64,000 nucleotides of DNA from an uncultured bacterium (GCA_963847225.1 CAWJYZ010000005.1:745648-809647), one strand, 5' to 3'. Positions 27,088 through 36,759 are shown, numbered from the stretch's first letter. The notes: generated from the sequence alone by a model not told the origin. Program-made: numbers and translations.

Positions 27088-28877
27088 TCCCCTTTCGGGC
27101 TCGGTCGCGGCTCCTCTCGCTCGCGCTGGGGATAGCCGTCGTGGGCGCCTCCTTGGTCCTCTCCGGCTGCTTCGCGGCTCCACCGCAGATCGTCGCCCTC
27201 ATCCCGCCCGACGGGTCCACCCACCTCGACGCCGACACCCCGGTGGAGGTCTTCTTCGACCAGGCAGTCCGGCCCGCGAGCGTCGCCGCCAGCTTCGACA
27301 TCTGTGCCGGTGCGAACGGATGCCAGAGCGGCCTCCCCGGCTGCAGCGATCTCGCCTCGGCCTTCCAAGCAGCTCCCAGCGCCGCTTGCTGGGTGAGTTG
27401 GTTGAGCGATCACTCAGGCTTTGTGTTTCACCATCATGGCCCGGCGCTCTTCGCCCCCAACACAAAGTACGAGTTCAGCCTCAGGGCGGGGGTGGCGTCC
27501 ACCGCGGGGACGGTCAACAGCCTCGACCACGTCTGGAACCTCACGAGCGCCCCCGCACCCACCCTCACCTCCTCGACGCCGGGGAGCGGCCAGACCGGTT
27601 TCCCCCGCGACGGCGCCATCTCCCTTTCCTTCTCCCACCCCATGAAGGCATCGGCGCTGGCCGCCGCGGTCTCGCTTTCTCCCGCCGCGCCCGGGGTCCG
27701 CGTCATCGCTGACCCGAAAGACCCTGCCTCCTTCGAGGTCGTGCCGCGCCAGCCCTTGGCCCCCGATACCGACTACACCATGAGGCTGAGCCGCAAGGCG
27801 ACGGACGCCCACGGCCAACCCCTGGCCCGGGAGATCAGCATCCGCTTCCGCACCGGGGCGCTCGCCGCCGGGTCCCAGGCCCTGGTCCTCGCCGGCCGGC
27901 AGGGGGAGGGTGCGACCGAGGTCCTTCTCGCGCCGCTCTCCACAGCGCCCACCTCCCTTCCCATCCCTGCCGAGGTGGTGGCCCAGGCTCCCCCCTGCCG
28001 GGCCGCCGCGGGCTGCGAAGGAGCTCCCCAGGGAGGGGCCACCGCCTCTTTCGAGCAGGCGGCGATCTCACCGGGCAGCCTTTGGCTGGCCCTCGTGGAG
28101 ACCGATCCGGCCACCCCGCAGTCGACCCAGCTGCACATCCTGGATCTGGCCTCGGGCCACGAGCAGATCGCCTTCCAGAGTGCCCAATGGCCGAGCTGGT
28201 CGCCGGATGGCTCGACCCTGGCCTTCGTGAGCGGCGGGAGAGAGGTCGAGCTCTACCAGCCTGGCAGCGGCTCGCTCACCTCTCTGATGAGCGGCCTCCC
28301 CCCCTCCGGAACGCCGGTGTGGACCGGCTCCGGGGACACGCTCGCCATCCCGGTGGCGGCCAAGGACGGCTCGGTGGCGCGCATCGACCTCGCCACCCCT
28401 GCCCTGGACGCCCGCTACCCTCTGCCCGGACTGACTGGTGCGGCGAGCCGTATCGTGGCCGCGCCCTCCGGTCAGGAGATCGCGGTGGCGCTCCAGCCTC
28501 CCGGGGGGTCCACGACGACATGGGTGGCCAAGCCCGCCGGCTCGCGCGCCCCCCAGCACCTCGCCGCGGCGGCCCTTCCCGTCGGGTTCGTCGACAGCGC
28601 CACCCTCATCGCGGTGGAGCGCTCCGCCAGCGGCGCCTCCCAACTGGTCCGCATCGACCTGGGCAGTGGCGCGACCGCGCCGCTCGCCGCCCCGAAGCTG
28701 CATCCGGATCTGAACACCGCGGCGGTCGCCCCCGACGGCCGCCAGATCGCCTATCTCGCCACCGCTGGGGCAGGGCAGGCGGAGGCCATCGTCGCCAACG
28801 CCGATGGGACCGGCGCCCTCCCCATCGTCTTACCCGAGAGCGGCCTCGTCCCCATCGCCATCAGCCTCGGAGCCTAG
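27084..28877 (+). CDS. Lipoprotein with Ig-like (SbsA/BIG-type) N-terminal domains and TolB-like beta-propeller C-terminal region
   Basis: Signal peptide plus lipobox LVLSGC. PDGSTHLDADTPVEVFFDQAV resembles Ig-like repeats. The C-terminus has WSPDGSTLAF / APDGRQIAYL propeller blades. TTG start overlapping the upstream stop. Confidence 0.6.
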   Translation: MIPFRARSRLLSLALGIAVVGASLVLSGCFAAPPQIVALIPPDGSTHLDADTPVEVFFDQAVRPASVAASFDICAGANGCQSGLPGCSDLASAFQAAPSAACWVSWLSDHSGFVFHHHGPALFAPNTKYEFSLRAGVASTAGTVNSLDHVWNLTSAPAPTLTSSTPGSGQTGFPRDGAISLSFSHPMKASALAAAVSLSPAAPGVRVIADPKDPASFEVVPRQPLAPDTDYTMRLSRKATDAHGQPLAREISIRFRTGALAAGSQALVLAGRQGEGATEVLLAPLSTAPTSLPIPAEVVAQAPPCRAAAGCEGAPQGGATASFEQAAISPGSLWLALVETDPATPQSTQLHILDLASGHEQIAFQSAQWPSWSPDGSTLAFVSGGREVELYQPGSGSLTSLMSGLPPSGTPVWTGSGDTLAIPVAAKDGSVARIDLATPALDARYPLPGLTGAASRIVAAPSGQEIAVALQPPGGSTTTWVAKPAGSRAPQHLAAAALPVGFVDSATLIAVERSASGASQLVRIDLGSGATAPLAAPKLHPDLNTAAVAPDGRQIAYLATAGAGQAEAIVANADGTGALPIVLPESGLVPIAISLGA

Positions 28878-28879
28878 CC

Positions 28880-30049
28880 GTGGCCCGGCGACTCCTCTTC
28901 CTCATCGCCGACACCGGGGGCGCCCACCGCTCCTTCGCGAACGCTGTTTCCCACCGCCTGGCCTTCTCTCATCCTGGCGAGTTCGAGGTGGCGATCGTCG
29001 ACCCCTTCGCCTCGCGGCCCCACGGGACGGTACCGGCGAAGAGCTCAGAGGCTGCCGGCGACCAGGCCACCGGCAGAGCCACCCGCCTCTACGGTCCGAT
29101 CACGGTGCACGCCCCCTGGCTGTGGGGAGGTCTCTGGCACGCCACCAACTCCCGGCCGGCGGCGGCCCTGATCGAGGCCACCCTGCGGGTCGTCGACCGC
29201 AACATCGTGCGCTGGCTCCGGGCTCTGGAGCCCGCGGCGATCGTCTCCTTCCATCCCCTCCTCGGCCACCCCGCCGCCCGGGCACGCCATTACCTGGGGC
29301 TGACCGCCCCGGTCTTGAGCGTCGTCACCGACCTGGTCGACGTCCATGCCCTCTGGGCTTCCCCGCAGGTTGATCTCGTCGTCGTGCCCTCGCCGATCGC
29401 GCTCGACCGGTGTCTGCGCAACGGCGTCCCCGCCGAGCGCTTGGCGCGCGTTGGTCTGCCCGTCGACCCCGCCTTCCAGCCGGCCGGCGAGGCGCAACGG
29501 CGCCACCTGCGCGAGACACTTGGACTCGCCGCAGACCGCTTCACGGTGCTTCTCTGCGGGGGCGCCGACGGCTCCGGCAATCTCACCCATTGGGCGCAGC
29601 TCATCGCCGGCAGTCAGTCCGACATCAACCTCATCACTGTCTGCGGGCACAACGGACGCGCCCGACGAGCCCTCGAAGGTCTCCGGGACAGGCATGGCAA
29701 ACCGGTCGCCGTCCTCGGTTTCGTCGACAACATGGCGGAGTGGATGCGAGCCTCCGACGTGGTGGTGACCAAGGCCGGCGCCGGAACGGTGGCCGAGGCG
29801 CTCTGCTGCGGCCTTCCTCTTCTCATCGTCTGGTTCATCCCCGGCCAGGAGCGGGGCAACATGGAGTGGGTCGTGGCGGGTGGCGCCGGGCGCTACGTCC
29901 CCGCCGATCAGGAGCTGCTGCGCGAGCTCGGCGAGCTCTCGCGCCCCGGTTCCGAGGGCCTCGCTGCGCTCAGTGCCGCGGCTGGCCGCCTGGCTCAGCC
30001 TCGGGCCGCCGAGGAGGTCGCCGAAATGATCCGTTCCCTCGCCCGATGA
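28880..30049 (+). CDS. GT28-family glycosyltransferase, MGDG-synthase/UgtP-like (diacylglycerol glycosyltransferase)
   Basis: The N-terminal RRLLFLIADTGGAHR matches the MGDG_synth family signature. C-terminal GT-B domain. Confidence 0.7.
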   Translation: MARRLLFLIADTGGAHRSFANAVSHRLAFSHPGEFEVAIVDPFASRPHGTVPAKSSEAAGDQATGRATRLYGPITVHAPWLWGGLWHATNSRPAAALIEATLRVVDRNIVRWLRALEPAAIVSFHPLLGHPAARARHYLGLTAPVLSVVTDLVDVHALWASPQVDLVVVPSPIALDRCLRNGVPAERLARVGLPVDPAFQPAGEAQRRHLRETLGLAADRFTVLLCGGADGSGNLTHWAQLIAGSQSDINLITVCGHNGRARRALEGLRDRHGKPVAVLGFVDNMAEWMRASDVVVTKAGAGTVAEALCCGLPLLIVWFIPGQERGNMEWVVAGGAGRYVPADQELLRELGELSRPGSEGLAALSAAAGRLAQPRAAEEVAEMIRSLAR

Positions 30050-31227
30050 GCTCCGGGGTCATCGCCTCGCCGCCATCGGTGCGTGCCGAGATCACCCGCC
30101 TCCGCCTCTACAACTTCCGCAACTACGGCGAGCTGACGGTCGAGCTCGGAGATGGCGTGAACGTCTTCAGCGGGGAGAACGCCCAGGGCAAGACCAACCT
30201 CCTGGAGGCGGTCGCCACCCTTCTTCTCACCCGGTCACCGCGGGCGACGTCACCCGCCGAGCTCATTCGCTGGGGAGAGGAGGAGGCCGCTGTTGACGCC
30301 CTGGTCACCCGCGGTCTCCGCCACGAGACCCTCGGGCTCCGCCTTCGCCTTCGCCCGCAGCCAGAGGCCGGCTCCACGGTGCGGCCCCGAGCCGTACGCA
30401 CCTCGCTCGCTGAGAGCAAGCCCATCCCGGCCCGGGAGGTGCTGGGGCGCTGCCCCGTCGTCCTCTTCTGGCCCGACGACCTCCAGCTCGTGAAGTCGGG
30501 GCCGGAGATGCGACGGCGGCTCACCGATACCCTCCTCAGCCAGCTCGATCGCAAGGCCGGCGACGATCTGCTCCGCTTCCGCCGCGCTCTCCAGCAGCGC
30601 AACGCTCTCCTCCACCAGCTCCGAAGCGGCGCCGGTGACGATCACCTCGCCCCGTTCGACGCCGCGCTATCCCGCCACGGCGCGGCGGTGCAGCGGGCGC
30701 GTCGCGAGATCGTCGAGGGCCTGGCCCCGATCGCCGCCGCGACGATGCGCGACCTCACCGGGGGCCGGGAGGAGCTCTCCCTGCGCTACCGTCCGGACGC
30801 TTCCGACGGCGCGACCACCGAAGAGGAGATGGCCGTGGCTCTGAGCCAAGCTCTCCGGCGCCTCCGGCCCGAGGAGTTGGCCCGCGGCATCACACTGGCT
30901 GGCCCTCACCGTGATGACGTCGAGTACCTCATCGACGGGCGCCCGGCGCGTCTCACCGCCTCCCAGGGGCAGCAGCGCAGCGCGGTGCTGGCCACCAAGC
31001 TCGCCGAGCTCCGCTACGCGCACCAGCGGACCGGGGCGATTCCGCTCCTTCTCCTCGATGACGTCTTCAGCGAGCTGGACCAGCAGCGCCGCACCCAGCT
31101 CGTCGCTGCCGTGACGAGTGGGCCGGACTCACCCCAGAGCCTCATCACCACCGCCGAGCCCGTCGACCTCGGTGGTCCGCGCGAGCGCCACTTCCTCGTC
31201 CGCCGCGGCACGGTCGCGCCGCGATGA
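30046..31227 (+). CDS. recF: DNA replication and repair protein RecF
   Basis: ITRLRLYNFRNY, Walker A GENAQGKTNLLEA and LLLDDVFSELD (Walker B/D-loop). The start ATG overlaps the upstream stop. Confidence 0.85.
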   Translation: MSSGVIASPPSVRAEITRLRLYNFRNYGELTVELGDGVNVFSGENAQGKTNLLEAVATLLLTRSPRATSPAELIRWGEEEAAVDALVTRGLRHETLGLRLRLRPQPEAGSTVRPRAVRTSLAESKPIPAREVLGRCPVVLFWPDDLQLVKSGPEMRRRLTDTLLSQLDRKAGDDLLRFRRALQQRNALLHQLRSGAGDDHLAPFDAALSRHGAAVQRARREIVEGLAPIAAATMRDLTGGREELSLRYRPDASDGATTEEEMAVALSQALRRLRPEELARGITLAGPHRDDVEYLIDGRPARLTASQGQQRSAVLATKLAELRYAHQRTGAIPLLLLDDVFSELDQQRRTQLVAAVTSGPDSPQSLITTAEPVDLGGPRERHFLVRRGTVAPR

Positions 31228-31547
31228 CCGGGTCCCACCGGCCCCGCGACAAGCGTGGCGACCCCCAGCACATCGCCGGTCTCCTCGACACCGCGCTCCG
31301 GGAGCTGGGGGTGCGCCGGCAGATCCGCGAGCTCCAGCTCCGCGAGGCGTTCGCCGCCGTCGTCGGTCCGGCCCTCGCCTCCCTCTGCGAGGCCATCTCA
31401 TTGGAGCGCGGCACCCTCCTCGTGGCCACCCGAAACGGCGCCCTGGCTCAGCAGCTGCAGCTGGAGATGCCGGTCATCACCGCCGAGCTCAACCGGCGCT
31501 TGGGCGGCGATCAGGTGCGCCGCCTTCGCTTCACCGCGCTCAGCTGA
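31224..31547 (+). CDS. DUF721 family protein (recF-gyrB spacer gene)
   Basis: ~107 aa with the typical conserved position after recF. Start overlaps the recF stop. Confidence 0.65.
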   Translation: MTGSHRPRDKRGDPQHIAGLLDTALRELGVRRQIRELQLREAFAAVVGPALASLCEAISLERGTLLVATRNGALAQQLQLEMPVITAELNRRLGGDQVRRLRFTALS

Positions 31548-31553
31548 GCTGCT

Positions 31554-32672
31554 CTACGGAACTCGCACCGGCATGATCACGGACAGGAAGTCGTCTCGCC
31601 CGTGGGGGCGGAAGGCGGCCGGCTGCAGCGGCCCGTTGAAGCCGAGCTGGACCTCCTCGGCGTCGATGGCCTGCAGAGCGTCCAGAAGGTAGCGGGCGTT
31701 GAAGGAGACCTGTACATCGTCTCCCTCCACGGTGGCCGGGAGTGGCGCGTCGTGGTCACCGACCTCCGCCGTCTGAGCGCGTAGCTCGAGCTCGCCGGAC
31801 CCGGCGTGGAGACGGAGGGGATTGGCGGCGTCGCGAGCCAGCACCGATGCCGTGCGGGCGCTCTTCAGGAGGAGGGCGGTGGGCAGGACGACGGTCGTGG
31901 AGGACTGGGAGGGGATGACCTGCGCGTAGTTGGGGTAGTTGCCCTCGATGAGGCGAGAGGCGATCTCGATGTCGCGAAGACGGAAGAAGATCTGGTTCCG
32001 GTTGTCGCTGAAGGCGATGCCCAGCTTGGGGCGGCTCGGGTTGACCGCGCGGGCGACCTCTCCGAGGTGCCGGGCGGGGACGATGACGCTGCCGGTGTGC
32101 AGACCCGCCTCCCGGATCTCGACCGCAAGCGTCTTCACGGCGAGGCGATGGCGGTCTGTCGCCACCATGGTCATCCTCTCACCCTCGATGTGGAGGAGCA
32201 CGCCGGTCAGAACCGGGGTCTGCTCGTCCCCGGAGGCGGCCACCGAGGTCTGAGCGACACCCAGCTGGAACTGCGCGGCGTCCACCTCCACCGCGGGCTC
32301 GCTCTCCCGAGCTGGGATGGGCGGGAACTCCACGGCGTCGATGCCGTGGAGATTGGTCCGCTGCGCCGCGTTGCTGATGCGGAGGATCTGCGTCCGCTCC
32401 TCCACCTCCATCCGGCAGGGCGACTCGTCGAGGGAAGCCACGTACTCGCTGAGGAGACGGGCGGGAACGGTGATGCGGCCCTCCTCCTCGACCGTGGCGG
32501 GCACCACCGCGCTGATGGTGAGATCGAGGTTGGTGGCGGTCACCCGCAGCCCGCCGCTGTCCGTCTCCAGAAGAACGTTGCTGAGCACGGGGAGCGTCGA
32601 TCGCGGGGATACGGCTCTCGAGACCAGGTTGAGCATGGCGCTGAGAGCGGATGGTGAGACGGTGCACTTCAT
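31554..32672 (-). CDS. dnaN: DNA polymerase III beta sliding clamp
   Basis: MKCTVSPSALSAMLNLVSRAV start and three-domain clamp pattern, ~373 aa. The ATG was verified. Confidence 0.9.
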   Translation of the reverse strand: MKCTVSPSALSAMLNLVSRAVSPRSTLPVLSNVLLETDSGGLRVTATNLDLTISAVVPATVEEEGRITVPARLLSEYVASLDESPCRMEVEERTQILRISNAAQRTNLHGIDAVEFPPIPARESEPAVEVDAAQFQLGVAQTSVAASGDEQTPVLTGVLLHIEGERMTMVATDRHRLAVKTLAVEIREAGLHTGSVIVPARHLGEVARAVNPSRPKLGIAFSDNRNQIFFRLRDIEIASRLIEGNYPNYAQVIPSQSSTTVVLPTALLLKSARTASVLARDAANPLRLHAGSGELELRAQTAEVGDHDAPLPATVEGDDVQVSFNARYLLDALQAIDAEEVQLGFNGPLQPAAFRPHGRDDFLSVIMPVRVP

Positions 32673-32921
32673 GGCGGAGCCGGTGGCGACGTCGGTGGGC
32701 CAGTTGTTCACCCGAGGGGACTCCTTGAGGGGGACGAGTTTATTGAGAAGAGGTAGTTAACCGAAGTGGGCAAACCGGGGAGAACCCGGCCGTTTGAATT
32801 GGGCGCCCTGTGGAGAACTGGCGCCTGCCTGTGGAGGGGCAGGGGGCTTTGGCTGGGGTTTTGCTCAGGGAAGGCGGGCTGGGGCGATCCTCCACAGGCT
32901 CCCCGGAAGCTCTCCACAGGA
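32673..32921. promoter_or_regulatory. Candidate oriC: DnaA-box cluster plus AT-rich unwinding element in dnaA-dnaN intergenic region
   Basis: Four YCTCCACAG 9-mers: 32808-32816 and 32829-32837 on the bottom strand, 32889-32897 and 32911-32919 on the top strand. Also TTGTTCACC at ~32704 and an AT-rich stretch gagtttattgagaagaggtagttaacc at 32737-32763. Confidence 0.6.
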
Positions 32922-34337
32922 TTACCCCTCGGACTCCGTGTGGTTGTGAAGGCGCTGTCGGAGCTGGCGGATGTCGCTCTGGAGGCGGACGTCCTCCCGG
33001 AGGAGCTCGCTGATCTTCTCGATGGCGTGGAGCGCGGTGGTGTGGTCGCGCCCGCCGAAGGCATCCCCCACCACGGGCAGGGAGGACTCCGTCTCCTCGC
33101 GGATGAGGAACATGGCGACCTGGCGGGGAAAGACGATGTGCTTGTCGCGGCGCTTGCTCTTCATCTCCTCCACGCTGATCCCGTAGTGGCCCGCCACCGT
33201 GGCTTGGATGAAAGGAATCGTGAGCGGCTGCACGTCGGCCACGGGAATGATGTCGCGGAGAATGCGCTGCGAGGTTTCCAGAGTGATGGCGTGGCCGTTG
33301 ATGGAGGCGTGGGCGAGGACTCGGATCAGCGCCCCCTCCAGCTCGCGGATGTTCTTCTGGATCCGGTGAGCGATGAAGCTGACAACCTCGTCGGGGACGA
33401 GGCGGGAGTGGGGGCCGAGCTTGCTCTTGAGGATGGCCAGGCGGGTCTCGAACTCGGGTGGCTGGATGTCAGCCATGAGGCCCCCTTCGAAGCGGCTACG
33501 CAGCCGGTCCTCGAGGGTGGGAATTTCCTTGGGCGGCCGGTCGCTGCTCACCACGATCTGCTTCTGGATGTCGTGGAGTGCGTTGAAGGTGTGAAAGAAC
33601 TCCTCCTGGGTGCGGTCCTTCCCGGCCAGGAACTGAATATCGTCGATGAGCAGCACGTCGACACTGCGGTAGCGATGCCGGAACTCTGTGGTCTTGTTCT
33701 CGAGGATGGACTCCACGACCTCGTTGGTGAACTTCTCAGAGGTCACGTAGGCGACCTTGGGGGAGCGGCGGTGTCCCTCTCGCACGGCGTGCCCGATGGC
33801 GTGCATGAGGTGGGTCTTGCCCAGGCCCACGCCGCCGTACAGGAAGAGCGGGTTGTAGGCCTTCCCGGGAGCCTCCGCCACCGCTCGGCAGGCGGCGTGG
33901 GCGAAGCGCGAGGAGGTGCCGACGACGAAGCTCTGGAAGGTGAAATTTGGATTGAGCCGCGTCTCCCCGGCGGGGGACAGGTCGGTCTCGGGGGCGAGGT
34001 CGGAGTCCGGCAGTGGAGCGGGCTCGTCGCGAGCGGGCACCGCGGTGGGGTCGACGGTGATCTCCACGGTGCAGTCGCGGCCGATGAGGCTGGAGATGAT
34101 CTCCTGGATGACGGAGACGAAGCGCTCGGAGACCCAGTCTCGCGCCAGCCGCGTCGGCACCCCGATGAGGAAGCGCTCGCCGTCGCTCTCCACGAGGGTG
34201 GCGGTGGCCAGCCAGGTCTCGTAGCTGGGACGGGCGAGCTGGAAACGCAGCTCCTCCTGGGCCGCGGCCCAGACCTGCTGTCCTGGCGGGCGTTCGCTGA
34301 CGCCGAGGGCGGCGCCATCGTCAGCTCCGAGCGTCAC
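32922..34337 (-). CDS. dnaA: Chromosomal replication initiator DnaA
   Basis: AAA+ Walker A GGVGLGKTHLMHAIGH, DnaA box-binding C-terminus (VGDAFGGRDHTTALHAIEKI), 471 aa. Confidence 0.92.
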   Translation of the reverse strand: MTLGADDGAALGVSERPPGQQVWAAAQEELRFQLARPSYETWLATATLVESDGERFLIGVPTRLARDWVSERFVSVIQEIISSLIGRDCTVEITVDPTAVPARDEPAPLPDSDLAPETDLSPAGETRLNPNFTFQSFVVGTSSRFAHAACRAVAEAPGKAYNPLFLYGGVGLGKTHLMHAIGHAVREGHRRSPKVAYVTSEKFTNEVVESILENKTTEFRHRYRSVDVLLIDDIQFLAGKDRTQEEFFHTFNALHDIQKQIVVSSDRPPKEIPTLEDRLRSRFEGGLMADIQPPEFETRLAILKSKLGPHSRLVPDEVVSFIAHRIQKNIRELEGALIRVLAHASINGHAITLETSQRILRDIIPVADVQPLTIPFIQATVAGHYGISVEEMKSKRRDKHIVFPRQVAMFLIREETESSLPVVGDAFGGRDHTTALHAIEKISELLREDVRLQSDIRQLRQRLHNHTESEG

Positions 34338-34832
34338 GCTTTACCTGTCGACCCGCATCGGCCAACGCCGAAGCCGCACCTCTGTCCTCCGCGTGCCGCC
34401 GTGATCACTCCAGTTGTCCACAGGTTGTGAACAAGAGTGGAAAAATCGCGGCGCCGCTGCCGGACGGGGCGGGTCAGGGACGACGCCTTGAGGGAGCCTG
34501 TCCCGCCGGAGCACCCGCCAGTCTAGCAATGCCGGAGGCGGCCGACAACGAGTCGCGCCGGCCGTTCTTGGCGGAGCCCTGGCCAGGTCCGGTCGAGGTC
34601 TGGGGGGATCGCCAGGGCTGGCGATGACCGTGGCCGCCCCGGTCACCGTTCGGGGAATGAGGGGGCGGAGCCCCGCCGGAAAAGGTGAAGGCGGAGGCGG
34701 GAGCCAGAGCGCCGGGGGATTCGGGGCAGAGCCCCCCGCATGGGTATACTGACCGGGATTCCCGCCACCCGGCGCTGGCTCTGGCATGCCCGCGGGTGGA
34801 GATTCCTCGAAGTTCCGTGCAGGAGAGCTGGC

Positions 34833-34980
34833 ATCAAGCGGACCTATCAGCCGAAGAAGGCGTACCGGCGCAAGAACTCACGGCTTCCGTATCCGGATGG
34901 CGACACCCGGTGGGCGGAACGTGCTCAAGGCCCGCCGCCTCAAGGGCCGCAAGCGCCTGACCCCCGCCGGGCCGCGCTGA
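34833..34980 (+). CDS. rpmH: 50S ribosomal protein L34 (apparent 1-nt deletion and non-canonical start)
   Basis: (G)[14 protein letters not shown] in one frame continues as [30 protein letters not shown] in the +1 frame. An aggaga SD lies 6 nt upstream of the ATC Ile codon that occupies the expected ATG position. Confidence 0.7.
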
Positions 34981-34994
34981 CGGCCGTACGAGGT

Positions 34995-35390
34995 CTGCGT
35001 GGACGCGGTCACTTCGCCTCCATCCGTGCCGGGCGCTGCCAGGGGCGGTCCGGTCCGCTCCGGATCTTCGCCGCCGCCAATGGGGGTGACGAGGGCGCCC
35101 TGGGCCTGGCCACGCCGAGGATGCCGGGAGCCGTCCCCCGCAACCGGCTGCGCCGCCGCCTCCGCGCCGCCTGCCGCGGCATCATGGCGATGGGCGGGTA
35201 CGACCTCATCGTGAGCGCCGACCCGGAGGCCCTGACCCTTCCCTTCATGGAGCTGCAGGAGCACGTGGAGCGCGCGGCGCGGGCCGCGCTGGCCCGGGCG
35301 GGGACAAAGGCCACCCCCAAGGGCGATGCGGGCGAGCCGCCTCGCGGCGCCCCGTCCCCCCGGAGCAGCGGCGGGAGCCCTCGCGGATGA
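34995..35390 (+). CDS. rnpA: RNase P protein component
   Basis: AVPRNRLRRRLRAACR matches the RnpA RNR motif. No canonical start codon is found in frame near the expected position, so the start is uncertain. Confidence 0.6.
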   Translation: MRGRGHFASIRAGRCQGRSGPLRIFAAANGGDEGALGLATPRMPGAVPRNRLRRRLRAACRGIMAMGGYDLIVSADPEALTLPFMELQEHVERAARAALARAGTKATPKGDAGEPPRGAPSPRSSGGSPRG

Positions 35391-35680
35391 AAAGGCTCAG
35401 CCTCCTTTTGATCCGCATCTACCAGCACAGTCTCAGCCCGGTGTTCGGCGCCATGAGCAGCTGCCGCTACGAGCCCACCTGCTCGCAGTACACCCTCGAG
35501 GCCATCAGCCGCTTCGGGGCCCGGCGCGGGTGGTGGTTGGGGGTGCGCCGGATCGCCCGCTGCCAGCCCTTCTACCCGGGCGGTATGGACCCGGTGCCCG
35601 ACACCTATGTCACCTGGCGCGCGGCGCGCCGGCGGCGGCGTGAGGCGCGGCTCGCCGCCCCGAGGTCCCTCGCACCGTGA
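35387..35680 (+). CDS. yidD: Membrane protein insertion efficiency factor YidD
   Basis: IRIYQHSLSPVFG...CRYEPTCSQYTLEAI is the canonical YidD sequence. Confidence 0.8.
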   Translation: MKRLSLLLIRIYQHSLSPVFGAMSSCRYEPTCSQYTLEAISRFGARRGWWLGVRRIARCQPFYPGGMDPVPDTYVTWRAARRRRREARLAAPRSLAP

Positions 35681-36759
35681 TCGGCGCCGCCGACCTCAAC
35701 CCCATCGACGCCGTCGCGTTCCTCATCAGCGTTCTCCGCTACCCCGTTGGCTGGCTGATCGAGAAGCTCAGCGAGATCTTCAACGCGGTCGGCCCGCTGC
35801 AGTGGATCGGCTCCGTCGGACTGGCCATCATCGTGGTGACGCTGCTCATCCGCGGCCTCCTCTTCCCCATCTTCCGCTGGAACATCCGCACCCAGCGCCG
35901 CGTGCAGCGCGACCAGCGTCGCCTCTCGCCCCTCATCAACGAGATGCGCCGCAAGTACAAGGGCAACAACCAGAAGATCTACGAGGAGCAGCGCCGGATC
36001 TACGCCGAGCACGGGGTGAGCATGTTCAGCCCCATGTCGGGGTGCCTGCCCCTCCTCGTCCAGCTGCCGGTGCTCTACGGGCTGTACTGGGCGGTGCGCG
36101 ACGTCATCGGGCTCGACGCCACCAAGACATCGCACCCCCGCATCACCTTCGACCTTCTCCCCGCCAGCATCGGCCACAACTTCCTGTGGATCCACAACGT
36201 CGGGCTGACCATCGGTCAGGAGATCCAGAACTGCGCCGCGACGCAGACCGTGTGCCACACGAACTGGGCCAATCTCGTGGTGCACCCGGCCAACATCGCG
36301 CTCCTCATCCTGCCCGTCCTCACCGGCATCACCTACTTCGTGCAGTCGAAGATGACCATGCAGCCGCTCCGGCCGGACATGAGCGACACGGAGCGGCAGA
36401 TGGCCTCGTCGATGCGCACGATCGTGTACTTCATGCCGCTGATGAGCCTCTTCTTCTGCTTCATCTGGCCGCAGGCCCTCACTCTCTACTGGCTCACCGC
36501 GGCGCTGGTGATGGTGGGGCAGCAGTTTGGCCTCATGGGTTGGGGGTCGCTGCGCGTGCCGCCGTGGTTCCCGGGCGCGCAGCGGGTCACCGAGCTGTCG
36601 TACCAGAAGGCGGACTTCGCCCCGGCGGCGCAGGCCGCGGCGGCCTCGTCGAATGGGCAGGGCGCCCAGAAGAGGGTGGGGGTCACGCCGTTGCCCTCGG
36701 CTCCGGGAACGGGGCGGGCCCCGGCCCGGTCGCAGAGGAGAGCGAGACGGCGTCGCTAG
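35677..36759 (+). CDS. yidC: Membrane protein insertase YidC
   Basis: Short YidC of the Gram-positive type, with conserved TM core motifs (LPLLVQLPVLYGLYWAV). Confidence 0.85.
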   Translation: MIGAADLNPIDAVAFLISVLRYPVGWLIEKLSEIFNAVGPLQWIGSVGLAIIVVTLLIRGLLFPIFRWNIRTQRRVQRDQRRLSPLINEMRRKYKGNNQKIYEEQRRIYAEHGVSMFSPMSGCLPLLVQLPVLYGLYWAVRDVIGLDATKTSHPRITFDLLPASIGHNFLWIHNVGLTIGQEIQNCAATQTVCHTNWANLVVHPANIALLILPVLTGITYFVQSKMTMQPLRPDMSDTERQMASSMRTIVYFMPLMSLFFCFIWPQALTLYWLTAALVMVGQQFGLMGWGSLRVPPWFPGAQRVTELSYQKADFAPAAQAAAASSNGQGAQKRVGVTPLPSAPGTGRAPARSQRRARRRR

